A DNA stretch of 62,562 nt, the filler included, from Chiloscyllium plagiosum (Eukaryota), in assembly GCF_004010195.1 (NCBI RefSeq). It is 4 parts of one record of this genome, joined end to end, with 100 filler letters (N's around TTAATTAATTAA, not from the genome) between each part and the next. Parts side by side here need not be neighbours in the genome. Positions count along the whole stretch, not along the records: positions 1 to 25,230 come from NC_057713.1; positions 25,331 to 52,157 come from NC_057713.1; 2 more parts are not named here. One strand, given 5' to 3'. The position numbers and the translations under genes are program-made. The notes beneath the pieces were generated by a model. It made no database searches, was not told the origin of the DNA, and saw only the letters and a list, made by a program, of their open reading frames with translations. Below are positions 12,681 through 25,885 of the stretch, piece after piece (position 1 is the stretch's first letter; the number at the start of each line of letters is the position of its first letter).

Positions 12681-12994
12681 CCCACTTTGGGAAATCCAGA
12701 TAAATTAACATCAATGACTTCAGACAATTAAAGTTTATTTTTCTTAATCACCAATTTATCTTCCTCTTTTGAAGTTTTTGGCTCTTCGCTAGCTTACAGT
12801 TCTTTGGACATAGTTTGCATCCTCAGTGGTTATTTCATTAAGTAGTAATATGACAGTCAAAATCAAATATTTTTAAGTTAAATAGACAAAAGAATTTCAC
12901 TGAGGCACTGGAAGGCTATTTAAAATACTAAGCTTGGTTTATGTTCTTCTTCCTAACCTGGACACTGAAGCCAAACAAGTAACACCTGACATCA

Positions 12995-13308
12995 TTCAGA
13001 GAATCATGGAATTCCTACAGTGTGGAAGCAGACCGTTCGGCCCATTGAACCTGCACCAACCCTCCAAACAGACCCACTCACTCCTACTCCACAACCCTGC
13101 CTTTCCCATGGCCAGCTAATCCACCAAGCCTGTACATTTGGATAATTTACCATGGCCAATCCAACTAACCTACACATCTTTGGAAAATGGGAAGAAATCC
13201 AGACAGACACGGGGAGAACGTTTCTTGCACAGTTTTCAAAGGGTGGAACTGAACCCTGGTCTCTGGCACTAAAACAGCAGTGCTAATTGCTAAGCCACCA
13301 TGCCACCC
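12995..13308 (-). mobile_element. HE1-type tRNA-derived SINE
   Basis: GGGTGGCATGGTGGCTTAGCAATTAGCACTGCTG head with A/B-box-like motifs and a CR1-like tail; same family as 33625 and 41365. Confidence 0.8.
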
Positions 13309-13453
13309 TCAAAGAAAAACCTGAGTTCTTGTCTGCCTCCAGTGACTGACTGAGCCATGGAGGTACTGTACATGAGTACGATTTTCAAGAATGTCAAATT
13401 ATTAACCCTCTTGCAGATTAGAAGTTAAACATGAAGCTGATTTTTAACTGTAT

Positions 13454-13459
13454 TTTATT
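13454..13459 (-). promoter_or_regulatory. RNF19A: Candidate RNF19A polyadenylation signal (3' UTR about 13435-14637)
   Basis: AATAAA on - strand at the end of a repeat-free stretch of about 1.2 kb after the stop codon; another at 13612-13617. Confidence 0.5.
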
Positions 13460-14637
13460 TTAGATATGCATCTTACAGTCATCCTGTTAGGCAAACCAGC
13501 TTGCAAACAAATATACAAAAATCAAAACAAGCATTATGCAACATATATTGTAACTGGCACTAGTGTTCCAAAGCTTAAAGAAAATTAAAAAGACTGCAAC
13601 TTCGGACTTTTTTTATTTTTCTGTTCAGAAAGATAAAATTTCAAGCATTATCAACATGGCAACATAAACCAAACACTGCATAATGTGCAAAACATACTCA
13701 CATTTAATGAATTTATTTTGCATTTCAGTGAAGTATGTTGTAATTTTAACAGTGCACCATTACAGGCTGAAGACAGCCTTTGAGAAGTTTTTTTTTTAGT
13801 GTCTTGCCACACATGAGGAAAAAAGGCCATAGTCTTCACCTATCTTCTCTAATGCTTCCAACAAAGCAATGTGCAGATTTTGCACTGTACTTTCAGCCTG
13901 TAACAAACTGCATCAGCAGCACTCATTTGCTTTGAACACTTGCTATTTCAGAACAATGAAACCAGTTAAATCTGTTACACAAAACATTTTCTAAAGCCTG
14001 AGTATTGTCTTTGGTAGGCTAATATGGGGTTATATTTTTAAGATCATTCATTATACACAACCTTTATCCAACTGTATTTTCTTAGCATTCTCCTGCGACA
14101 TACTGTAGTCCAATACAGTTTTTTAAAAGTATAAATATATCCTTAATAACATTGGTATTAAACCGTCTTTTCCAAAGGCACCAGGAAACAGTAAGGGAGA
14201 GTCGATTGTTGATAACCGAAGGGAACCACAGTCAAGAAAGCGTTTTTTCCTGATGTAATCTTTACTGATTTCTGCTTGCACTCTGGGATTTTACCAACTC
14301 AGTTGCACATTGTTTTAATGTTTTACAACACATCATGCACATTTTAGTGACAGAGAAAGACCATCATTTCTCACATTATCTGAGAGACATCAGCACTGTC
14401 CAATAAACACCTCTCACAAAACTGCACTTACCCATTTCCCCAAACTTTCAGTGAACTGGGAGACATGCTGAAATGACATGTTTAACCCTGACTTTCAAAC
14501 TCCATGATCTTGTTGGTTAATAAGCACCGGTTTCAGTTTCCAAGTTATTAGTTTCCTTTTATATCAATTACCATATGATCAACTGTAAGCAGGACTGATT
14601 AGCAATATCTTACGATCTGAATCACAGCATAGAAGGA

Positions 14638-15310
14638 TTAAATCTCAGTTTGAATTGCACTGGTCTGTTGCAACTGGTTATTATTGGTTACATTTTCTGC
14701 CTCCTCAGTGGCATAATTTGACACTCCTGAAGTTGCAGCCCCATTCTCCTCTGCAATGAAGCTCAGCTGCAAGACATCTGCACTTGGCCCAGTTGTAACA
14801 GAAGCAATGAAACCACCTTGTGATGGGCACGTCTCTAAACGATCATTCTCCACCTCTGGTAGGGGACTGACTGCTGAAAATCGACTGTGGTAGTCACTCG
14901 AACCATGGCTACAAGAAGTTTTCATGCTCTCCATGTCAGATCCACTAAACTCTGAAAAATGGCTGGAGTGAGAATCTGCCACAGATGGTATACTGTCACT
15001 AAGTGAAGGAGAATCAAATTCACTTGAATTGGTGCTTCTTTGTTCAAGTAACTGTGCATCCATTTCTTCCCGAGTTTCATTTATCTTCATACTACCTCTC
15101 TTCTGCAACTTTCCCTTGCACTTTTTAGTCGTTGCTTCTTTGGGCCACTTGGTGTTACTGCATCGATTGTCCAGAACAGGGGCTGTAGGTAAAATTGCTA
15201 CACTGCGTCCAGGCATGCTACTGTCTTCAACACTACTGCTTCCACTGTTGTGTCTGAACTTGGCAGGTTTTGATTCAATGTCAACTTGCACCTCCAAACT
15301 GTTTCCTTCC
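14638..15310 (-). CDS. RNF19A: RBR E3 ubiquitin ligase RNF19A (Dorfin), last coding exon
   Basis: ctttcag acceptor; EGNSLEVQVDIESKPAKFRHNSGSSSVED...SLSDSIPSVADSHSSHFSEFS...AIQTEI*; phase matches the previous exon. Confidence 0.95.
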
Positions 15311-15474
15311 CTGAAAGCAGATGCACACAAGTGTCAAGTTCATTACAGGTGAGTTGTAAGAATATTCATTCACACAAAAATATATTCAATTGGAGCACAT
15401 TATGTAGAAAATGCAAAATATATTTGTAGTTCAACAATTTCAGATACTGAATTGGTGATGAAAATTGATTTTTT

Positions 15475-15815
15475 AAAAATTTACTCATGGCATGAGGGCA
15501 TCTCTGGCTGGGCCTGCATTTATTGCCCATCCCTAATTGTCCAAAGGGCAGTTAAGAGTCAACTACATTGCTGTGGGTCTCGAGTCACATGCAGACCAGA
15601 CCAGATAAAGATGACAGATTTGCTCCCATAAGGACCTTAGTGAAACAAATTGTGATTTTTCCGATAATTGACAATGATTTCACGGTCATCATTAGATTCT
15701 TAATTCCAAATTCTTTATTGAATTTCAAACTCACCATCTTGAACCAGGGTCCTCAGAACTTGGTTGAGTTTCTGGATTAATAGTTTAGCAAAAATACCAC
15801 TTGGACATTGCCTCC
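15475..15815 (-). mobile_element. tRNA-derived SINE (second family)
   Basis: Reverse-complement similar to 35630-35965; tail GGGCAATAAATGCAGGCC...GATGCCCTCATGCCCATGA. Confidence 0.65.
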
Positions 15816-18326
15816 CCACAATCAACCGACCTTGCATCTTGTAATTCATTCCCTTGCTGCAATATCTTAGATTTATTTCTTGCCACATGGCTGCCACTGC
15901 TCGTGTTTTAATGAAAGGTGGATAAACAAATGATACCTCTACAACCACAGCACTTCTAAAAATGAGAGTCTCCAGTTAAGCCTACATGCCAGGTCTTAAA
16001 TGAATCAATGTTTAAGCAGAAATAATACAATTCACACTGTCTGAGAGAATATTAAAATTAACAGAACGACTCATTTGAAGTTCTGCACAATTGTGCTCTC
16101 CTTTAAGGTTATTAACTGGATCCCTATGGAAAATACATGTACGGTATTTGTCCAATTTATTAATGGAACAATCATCTGCAAACATGGAGTTAAAAGTTGA
16201 TTTTTGCAAAGGAAAGCTTTATGTTGAAAGCACCTGTATCAAATATTACCTAAGAATGCTAACTTAAATACAGGTTTTTTGCTGCATCAGTGTATTCAAA
16301 AGTTCAATATTTGACAAAATAAAGCTTTGCTTTACATATAACATGATTCAGACCAGGAAATCCATTCAGAGATACAGAGTACAGAACGGTTAAATCTACC
16401 AGCACTTTCATTTACACAGCTCATTCGGACCATTAGAATTTTTGACATGGAGCATATTTCAGAAAACAGGCCAACAATAATCTTAGCAATAAAGTCTTCC
16501 TCTTGAATCAAGCAGTTTAAGTTCTAAATCCATATTTTAATACAAATGGGAAGTTAAAGGCTGTTTGAAGTTGGGTAACGGAGCACAACTCAATAGACTA
16601 AACCCAAACTCTTTCAAGTAGTGAAAAGAGTACAACGTGTGTTCTTCTATTTTATCCTTTTTAAATCTGAATATGTATGTCACTCACTGAAATACAGAAC
16701 CAGTGAAACTGGCGACTTTCTTTACCTAATTGATTCATGTGAAAGTAGACAAAGAAACTTAGATCTGCTCAGAACTATTAATTTAAAAATGAATTAATAT
16801 AACACCAACTAGAAATTCTATTTGAGTTCTGATGCAATTTTTAGTTATTGTCAATTAGGCCCAATCTGATTATAAATCCATGCAGGTGCTCTTTTGATCA
16901 AAGCTCACTGTATATCAAATAGAGGCAGATACTGGAACAATTTTTCACAAGACAAATTCAGATTAGGGTAATCATTTCTGCCAGTTTGATTGTTCATTAA
17001 GGCAACATACCCAGCTGACAGGATGTACACCTAATGTTGGTTGAAGGGTCATTGAGCTGAAATGCTGTTTCTTTCAGCAGGTCAGGAAGCTTCTGTACAG
17101 CATATTTACAGCATTGTGTCTTTTTAAATATACCTACTACATGTCTGAAGTAAAGTACAAAGATTTCTCAGCAACCAGGTATTCTGTTTTGAGGAGTATC
17201 AAGGGGTGCATCTGAGATATGTGTTTCAATTACAACAAATTTATTTGAACAGACAGATTAAGTGAAAACATTCATAAGGTATTTAAAGTTTAAAATTTAA
17301 GTGTAATTTCAGAGTTAACTTTCAGAAGTCATGTGTAAACTGCATTGTGAAGGAACATGTCTGGGAATAGCATATGGGATCATACATCTACATCCTTCTG
17401 TGATATAACATGGACTGTTTTTGCAAGCAGGTGACAAAAATAAAACTCACAATACCATTTCATACTTAGTACTTAGTTAAATGCTACAGAAATTTTGAAC
17501 TGCTCACTGGACTCAGGATCAACATTCCTGTTTATTGCCCTGTAACCCAGAAGACAGATATATGCAATACTTCTGATTCAGTCACCGCCAGAAAACAGTA
17601 CAAATTCTGGTAACATTTCAAACCAATGACATTTCAGCTCTGATATCTTTCTATTTGTAAGTTTTTCCAACATTCTCTGATTTTATTTTATCAGAGTGTA
17701 GTTTCATGATTTCTTCAACTTCTAACATGGAATGAAGATGCAAGAACAGCAGACTTAATGTCCCAATAAGATCTGCAATGGGTAACGGTGATTTTATATG
17801 AACCAAGGATCTACCTGTCACATCAGGAAGGCACACAGAATCCAGTAACACTAGTTGGACAGAAACAGAGGATTTTCCCATTGAATGGTCAATGCTGATC
17901 ACAAAAATCACATTAAAATAGATTTCCTCACCATTTAAGTCATTACTGTTTGTAATTTGGCTGCTGCATTTCCTATATTACAATAATAAGTATCATTGAA
18001 AATACATAATTGGCTGTAAGGTTCTTTGAAACACCCTATGATCATGAAAAATACTATGTTCAAGGTTGCACAATAATTCACCAGGGGACCTTCCTCACAG
18101 TATTTTTGCTGTCTATTTATTGGCTATTATTTGGGCAACAATTAAAGAGTACACTTTTCATTACATTAGAATTTATAAACTGTTTTGACTGCTATACATA
18201 TTTTCTAATCCATGCTTTTTAAACTTAAAAGCAATTATTAATCCAAATAGCAACAATAATGTTATATATTTAAAAGATCACAAGTTGATGAACTGATTTT
18301 TAAAAATAAATGTCCAAGTGGGATAC

Positions 18327-18470
18327 CTGTCCAGTGGGTTGTAGGAATTGATAATCGATCCTGCCATGGCCCTTGTGCTGGCATTGTCACTGATGGTCCC
18401 AATGCTGACCGTGCCAGACTCACCACTGAGACTGCACCGTTCCTTCTGAATATCTGCCTGCACCTCTAAT
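18327..18470 (-). CDS. RNF19A: RNF19A penultimate coding exon (144 bp)
   Basis: AG/GT bounded; [47 protein letters not shown]. Confidence 0.95.
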
Positions 18471-19209
18471 CTAAGAAAACCAGGTCAAAATTAGTGAGAT
18501 AACAGGAAAAGTACCCTTCTCAACAAAAACAAGATCATCACTGGGAATACCTCGGACATGAACAAAATACATGTTTGTGACCTTTTAAACTTGGCATTAT
18601 TGGAAGGATGAGAAAGTAAAGAAAAAAAATGGCAGAGTAGATTCAATAGGAAGGGAGATTAGTAATTGAAAGAGAAATTGCAAATTTTATCCCCACCCTC
18701 CACTTGAACTCAGTAGATCAAGGGGCAACCCGATACGAGATGCTTTAAAATGTGAAGGATCACAACAAGTAGTCAACTATTTTAATCAATTAAATAATAA
18801 GATATCAATATACAATTTGCAAAATTAAAAGGGTCTGTGCACTAATTTTCAGAGGATGGGCAGAATGTGAACTTCTGTCACAAAATGTTGTTGAAAAAGC
18901 CCATAAATTCCATTACAGAAACTGAGAAGTAGAAATATGGTGGAGGTGGGGATTCAGCAAGAGAGGTGTGAGGTCAATGGAGAGACAGGAACACAGATGT
19001 GATGGGCCAGATCATCTATTTCTATATTGCTATGATTCTTGGCCATGGACATGTCAATAACAATCATTTTATCAGCACTCAGTTGCACTCAATTCCTTAC
19101 CTCCTCTGGGTCAACTCCTGCAGTTTTTATTATTCAAAAGTACAGGCTTGAAAATACTGCAGACAGTAAAAAGGACTTCTTGTATTAAAAAAAATCAAGT
19201 GTGGCTTAC

Positions 19210-19423
19210 CTATTAAAACAATTGACCATCACACTTCCAGAAAGGCTGCCTGTGATACTAGCTCCAGCCAGCGCCATGGTGCTTGCTGTTTCACTCAGGT
19301 TGTCTCGTATTGCACCTATTCTATCCATGTGACTGCCACTGGCACTCAAACTGCCCGTTAGGCCGCCAACACTGCCCTCTCCAATACTGGGGTTATTGCG
19401 AGCCTCAACAACAAAAGTGGTAT
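19210..19423 (-). CDS. RNF19A: RNF19A coding exon (214 bp)
   Basis: AG/GT bounded; DTTFVVEARNNPSIGEGSVGGLTGSLSASGSHMDRIGAIRDNLSETASTMALAGAS...VNCFNR. Confidence 0.95.
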
Positions 19424-21187
19424 CTAAATGGGCAGGAAGAGACATAGCAGCAGTTTATTATCTTTGGTTCATTTCACTTTTTGCTAGCAATTGCAACATT
19501 AAGTGGATGTTTTAAGTTACAAATATGAACTACTGTACAAGTTTCCTGAAGTGTTCCTTATGTATTACAGCCATACAGTTAATGGACATAAATCCTGTAT
19601 GAGCATTCACATTAAAAAAAATCATGCAGCACCTATAAAGGAATATTTTCTACAAATTTGTAACATCAAGAGTTTCGCTAAGAAGCTTTGTAAGAATAGA
19701 CCGTACAAACTGAACAGTTCTACAGGTGTGCAACCTAACTGAATAATGGGCACGGCTACCTACACACAACAGGAACAATAAGTCATCGAAAAGAAATAGT
19801 ACTGCTCTACATTTAAGAGTGCTGACCTATTACGTAGTCTGTTGTTACAGAAACCAATTACAGAGACAGAAATGCACACAGCTAATCATGAAAAATAATT
19901 CACAATTGTATTTTAACAGAGAACTCTCCAGCCTTTTCAGTAAAGTGTGGTCCAGCAGCAGAGACACCAGGACAGAGATTTTGAAATAAGAAGATTGAAT
20001 CTTATTCTCCCCCCCCCCCCACAGAGATTAATTTGACAGCTGAGAAGGAACATTGTTTTGAGAGTTCATCATTTAACTGTTAACCCAAACCTGCCTCTCC
20101 ATTTTACAAGGGGAAGTGGAAATGTGACCTGCATGCCCTTCGGCCTATCAAGGCACTTAACAGCCTCATGCTACCCCCACCACGAATTTACCCACCCCCC
20201 TTAATCCCCTCATCACTGGAGCCAGGCCAGTCATAACTTCAATCTGGTTTCTCCTTCAGGCCCACTACACAAACCTGGCTGACAAAAATAGTTTGGAAAC
20301 CCCATTATCTGAATGTCCTCCTGGCCATAGTTCCCAAGGCTTAGCAATTCAGATTTATTTGTTGTTATGGTGCACTTGATTTTGTGGATCAAGGGAATTG
20401 TTAAAAGGCTGTTAGTGGTGTTCTTTGGTGCATAAACCTTATATCAGCAAAACGAGAACGTTTGTAAATTTGTGAATGCAGAATGAAATTTGTTACATGC
20501 TTTGTTCCAACTCTTGTTCTCCATTTTCCTTGTAATATACAATGCTCCATGGTATACACCTATATTATCCCAAGGACAAAGTTTGAATACCTTTGCACTG
20601 TACCATGAAAAACACTACCCCCAGTTACAGGGTGAAGAATCAAACCAAAACTAAAAGGAAAGGAATGCACCCTCATGACAGTCAGTTACATAAAGTGGAA
20701 ATAGTTGTTCAAACATTATGGACAGAGCATAACAAAAGAGAAAAATTATCTCCAATATGTAGGGGTGAGAGGTAGTGAGTTAAACAAATGAATCTTTTTA
20801 TAAATAGACTTTTGTAGAGTTAAGCAGGCATATTTTTGTACAGTACACAAATAGCCCTGGAGGTTAGCAAATAAACTGCTAAAATAACATTAATGTGTGA
20901 TCATGAAGGCATGAATTTACCACTTCTTGTAAACAATAGGCAGCAACTAAATCTCATAGGTTAACAAATATAACAAAGCTAGTGCTGGACAAATTATACT
21001 CAGTGATCATGGTAGACAGGCAACAGTGCTGCCTATAGACATTTGTTAAAAGTGTTGCTTATTCAATTCTACACAAAGAATAGTATAAATTAGAAGTATT
21101 TAAGCACATACACAATCATGTACTTGGAGATGAATACTATAGATAACCATTTTAGTAAGTGAACTTCTTATAAAAGCTAGCCCTTAC

Positions 21188-21346
21188 CCAATGCTGTATT
21201 TCCTCCACCAGCAGTATCATTTTCATCATCAAATTCTATCCGCACACCCTTCCCAGTGCCGGCAGAAACACCACAGCCACCACTACGGCACAAAGAGATT
21301 GGGACTACTCCATATACATATGCCAGCATAATGGGAACCCCAATAC
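21188..21346 (-). CDS. RNF19A: RNF19A coding exon (159 bp)
   Basis: AG/GT bounded; [44 protein letters not shown]. Confidence 0.95.
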
Positions 21347-23224
21347 CTGTAAAAGCAAAACAGGAAAACAAATGTACTTAAAAACACACCCAATTAATGA
21401 AGGATATTTATTACACTGTCAATTTCATTAAGTAAACTGGGTACCACATCAAAATTAAAGACAGAAAATCCGTCAACCTTTGCAAGGGCTAGATGCAGAG
21501 GTAGGAGGAAAGATAAAGAATTGCTAGCCAAACAAAACAAAAAAACACAACATGTTTTGAATGGTCTGAGACTTGAGATATTAAGAAAAACAAAATAGTT
21601 TTAAATACATAAAAAGACTAAAAGCAACATCTACTATTCTGACAGTGACATTGCAAGGGGCAATACAGTTTGGTACTCTAGTTTTATACTCAGCGAATCT
21701 AAGAAGCAATATTAGAAAATAAGGAAGTGGAAAAGTCTTTGAACAAGTATTTTCTATTGGTCTTCACAACAGAACAAAAAAAATTCTCAGAAACAGTCAT
21801 AAAGAACAGGACACAAAGGGAGGTATACAACTACACTCACTTGAGAAAAATGTACCAGGAAAAGTAATGGAATTATAGTTAGCTCAGTCCCCAGGACCTG
21901 ATGGCTGGATCCAAAGGGTACACTTTAGCTGCAGCATGAGTGCTTCTGAAGAAAATTCTATGTCAATTTGCATGATTAGCACACTATAAATTTGAGTCCA
22001 GCACATGCCTTTGCTTACTCCAACATGATCTGATCATTAAAAAAAAACTGAGTGCAGACTGACAATATCCATATCCCTCATATTATCCAACATGACCATC
22101 TAAAATCAAGCCCGATGATCATAAAACTTTCAGAAATATCATCTTTGCTTGAGTGATAGCCATCAATTCTTCAGTGTAGAGGTTTGTATGATCAATGGTT
22201 CAACTTTCAAGGTTTCAATTATCTGCTCAGATTTAAAAACCCAAGAAGCAGAATTTTCATCAGTGTCAAGGGTTCAGAGAAAGGATAAATGAGGCCCTAT
22301 GTGTATACTAGTGGCTGATTGGTTAACACTCATTTTACATGGTTGCAGTTTATAAATTTGACAAATATCATGAATGGGGGGGTTCTCCCCAGTGTCCTAG
22401 TCTCTCTCAATTAGCAAAATCAAAACCAAATTGTGTGGTCTTGCTATGTACAATGCAGCCCATTAAACAAAATTAATATACAAAACTATGCCACGAGTTG
22501 CAAAAGTTTTCAAAGGCAAGTCCTTTTGAAATTTTGAAACAATTAGAATTTTTACTTTTGTTCATTTTTGTTCACATTGTGCCAAATAAAAAGTGAAAAT
22601 TGCCAAGAGAACCAGAGAAGCCAGGATCTCTAAAGTGTTGCAGTAGGCCAGAAACACCACAAAAATGTTGTTCTCAAAATGTTTCTTTACCCTTTTCAAG
22701 CCCAAAAATGTATAAGGCCATGCAATATTAATATATTTATTAAAGCAAATATTCTCCACAGTTAGGATTGTGGAGAAGTGGCAGTTGTTTTAAATGTAAA
22801 TGGCAAACACTGCAATTTTAAACAAATATTTGATAAAGATGGAAACTGTGTAATTTGACAAATCATTACTATTCTAACATTAATTGAATGAGCAAGTATA
22901 CAGCTTTTCTTGCGTTTCACTGCCAAACATTCATAGGAAATGAAACCTTTGGCACAGATACAACAATAAATTCCTGTAACAAGACGACAGTTAATATTGT
23001 GTATACCAGTAAACAACTTGAGTGGAGGGAGGCACAATAGATCGCAGAAAAATAATGGTGCAGACAGTTCAGATTCAACAGCTAGGAACCTTGTAGCTCG
23101 GGAATGTTTTCTTTGTTCCGATTTTGAATAGAATAGTGCATTTAAAATCAATTATCAAAAAACATAACTATTACCCAATAATTATTGACCAGAATTCAAC
23201 ATTGTTAAATGTCTGTTTGCTTAC

Positions 23225-23339
23225 CTACAGTTACTGCAGCAACAACAGGAGAAACAATTACTGATAACGTCACACCTCCAGTGATTGCCAAGTTTCGCTT
23301 ATGCTTCGAAATATCTTTTCCTTCGTAGCGATTATGAAT
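23225..23339 (-). CDS. RNF19A: RNF19A coding exon (115 bp, hydrophobic segment); not in the ORF track
   Basis: tttcag acceptor and GTAAG donor; [38 protein letters not shown]; phase-1 end fits the next exon. Confidence 0.95.
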
Positions 23340-24619
23340 CTGAAATTTAAAAAAAATCTTCAATGTGTAAGAAGCTTTCCTTCATTGCAATCACTCAGCC
23401 TTTCCTTATTATAGCACGCATTGATTTGGGCTCTCCATGGGAGAAGAAATGAAGGAGCTACATCTTTTGTCCAATTCAGTTCTAATGAAACACCTTTATT
23501 TGTTTTTACATTCAGAAGTGCGATATACAAAGCTACTACTGCAAGAGAAATAGGAAGCAGCATGGATGGAGGGTAGTGATGGGTCGCAGATGAGGAGTCA
23601 GGCAGTATAATAAGTAGGAGCAGGAGTAAAATACTCAGCTTAGTCAATCAACAAGATCATATCTGAACTCTACTTTCCTGTTTTAAATGTACTGAATAAC
23701 TGAGCAATTATAGAGCTCTAGGATACAGAGTTCCATATTCCCTTGTGTGAAGGAATCTCTTATCTCAGTTCTATGTGTGCAATCCATTAGAGACTCCCCA
23801 CCAGGGGGTAACATTCTCCGAGCATTTACCTGTCAAGCCCCTTAAGAATTTGTAATATTTTCATGAGATTGCCTCTAATTTTCCTAAACTACAGAAAAGA
23901 GAGAGACCTGGTTTAATCAATCTCCCCAGTTAAAACAACTCATTAAATTGCAGTAACCCTCATTTCACTCCCTCCAAAGAATGCCCTTCCTGGGATAAGG
24001 CAGTCATAACTAAAATGTAGTCCAGGAATAATCTCTACATAGTAGCTTATAGCAACTCCTAAAAATTCTGTTACATTTCCAGCCTCTCAAATGTTCCTGC
24101 AGACAAATGTCCTGTCTGACTGAGACCTTCTCTAAGTCAGTAGCTTATTTTGTCATTTATAGGAAATTCTCTTGGATTTGACAGCCCAAGCACCCCTTCC
24201 CCCACAACCCCCCTATGAGAACAATTGCAATTCTAAATGAGAAATTCCCTTCAACTGACAAAAATAACTTTTACAAATCAAAGATTAATTAATTTAACAT
24301 CAAGGCAGCTAGAAAGAAAGAGATCCTAATTAAACAATTAAAGAGACCGTCATTAATAGAATCAGTGACAAACTAAGCAAACAAGTACACTGCCATTGCC
24401 CCACCAAATACTTCTAGTGACAAAGTTCTATCTTAGGACCTCCCATCAATAAATGCTGAGCCCAAAAGACAAAATAAAGGCTGAAAAACAAATAAATCCG
24501 ACATCATGGCTGCACACAAAATATTAAGCTGGGCTGAATGCCACAGGGTATTCCATAATGCCAAAACGTTCCATAACACTTTGAGTGCGAGTAGCAGCTA
24601 AGGTAAGACAGTTTGTTTT

Positions 24620-25230
24620 AAAATTACTTACCGGTAGCGGGCAGCGGTGTTTTTTTTCTCTCTTTACAGAAAGAGCGGGAGCAGCAGGGGGAAGTGACGA
24701 AGACCAGAGGGGCAGCCAGGTAGGTTTTTTTTTCCCTTTAAAAGCGCGCAGGAGAAGAACCCGAGGCACTACAGAGGTAGTGTCTCCCACCCGCCCTCCT
24801 CCTCTAACCTAAATAATAAGACCCGTTGTGGTAAGTAGGTAAGTGCTGCATTTTGCTTGTTGTATACTTTAGACCCAGTTTTTTTAATAAAAGGTTACTT
24901 TCAGAGGGATGGCAGTGAAGGCAGTGCAATGTTCCTCTTGCAACATGTTTGAGGTGAGGGATGCCATGGACGTCCCTGCTGATTACACTTGCAGGAAGTG
25001 CACCCATCTCCAGCTCCTCCAAGACCATGTTAGGGAACTGGAGCTGGAGTTGGATGAACTTAGGATCATTCGGGAGGCAGAGGGGGTCATAGATCGGAGC
25101 GTAAGGGAAGTAGTAACTCCAAAGATGGCAGATAGATGGGTGACAGTGAGGAGGACTGGGAGGAAGCAGCCAGTGCAGGGACCCCCTGCAGTCGTTCCCC
25201 TCAAGAACAAGTATACCATTTTGGATACTT
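24620..25230 (+). mobile_element. 5' end of a young CR1 LINE: CpG-rich 5' UTR and ORF1 N-terminus (24909 onward), cut by the spacer
   Basis: MAVKAVQCSSC...CRKC followed by a Leu coiled coil (LQLLQDHVRELELELDEL) and VPLKNKYTIL, typical of CR1 ORF1. Confidence 0.85.
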
Positions 25231-25330
25231 NNNNNNNNNNNNNNNNNNNNNNNNNNNNNNNNNNNNNNNNNNNNTTAATTAATTAANNNNNNNNNNNNNN
25301 NNNNNNNNNNNNNNNNNNNNNNNNNNNNNN
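25231..25330. other. Artificial scaffold spacer 44N-TTAATTAATTAA-44N
   Basis: Exact 100-bp pattern repeated three times; the 12-mer has stop codons in all six frames. Confidence 0.95.
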
Positions 25331-25885
25331 GACATTTTTTACAAACCCATCGACTCCCACAGCTACCTGGTTTACACCTCTTCCCTCCCTACCTCCTGCA
25401 AAAATGCTATCCCATATTCCCAATTCCTCCGCCTCTGCCGTATCTGCTCCCAGGAGAGGAGAACCAGTTCCACCACAGAACACACCAGATGGCCTCCTTC
25501 TTTAGAGACCGCAATTACCCTCCGACATGGTTAAAGATGCCCTCCAACGCATCTCGTCCACATCCCGCACCTCCGCCCTCAGACCCCACCCCTTTAACAG
25601 TAACAAGACAGAACACCCCTGGTGCTCACCTTCCACCCTACCAACCTTCGCATAAACCAAATCATCCGATAATATTTCCGCCACCTCCAAACGGACCCCA
25701 CCACCAGGGATATATTTCCCTCCCCACCCCTTTCCATCTTCTGCAAAGACCATTCCCTCCGTCTGCAGGGATTGCAAAACGTGCGCCCACACCTCCTCCC
25801 TCACCTCCATCCAAGGCCCAAAGGAGCCTTCCACATCCATCAAAGTTTTACCTGCACATCCACCAATATCATTTATTATATCCGT
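25331..25885 (+). mobile_element. Penelope-like element fragment (RT thumb to GIY-YIG start)
   Basis: DIFYKPIDSHSYL...KNAIPYSQFLRLCRICS and FTCTSTNIIYYIR; same family as 48420-49290. Confidence 0.85.

Noticed and set aside
25275..25286. TTAATTAATTAA palindrome as a recurrent biological site
   Set aside because: Always centred in exactly 44+44 Ns; it is an assembly linker.
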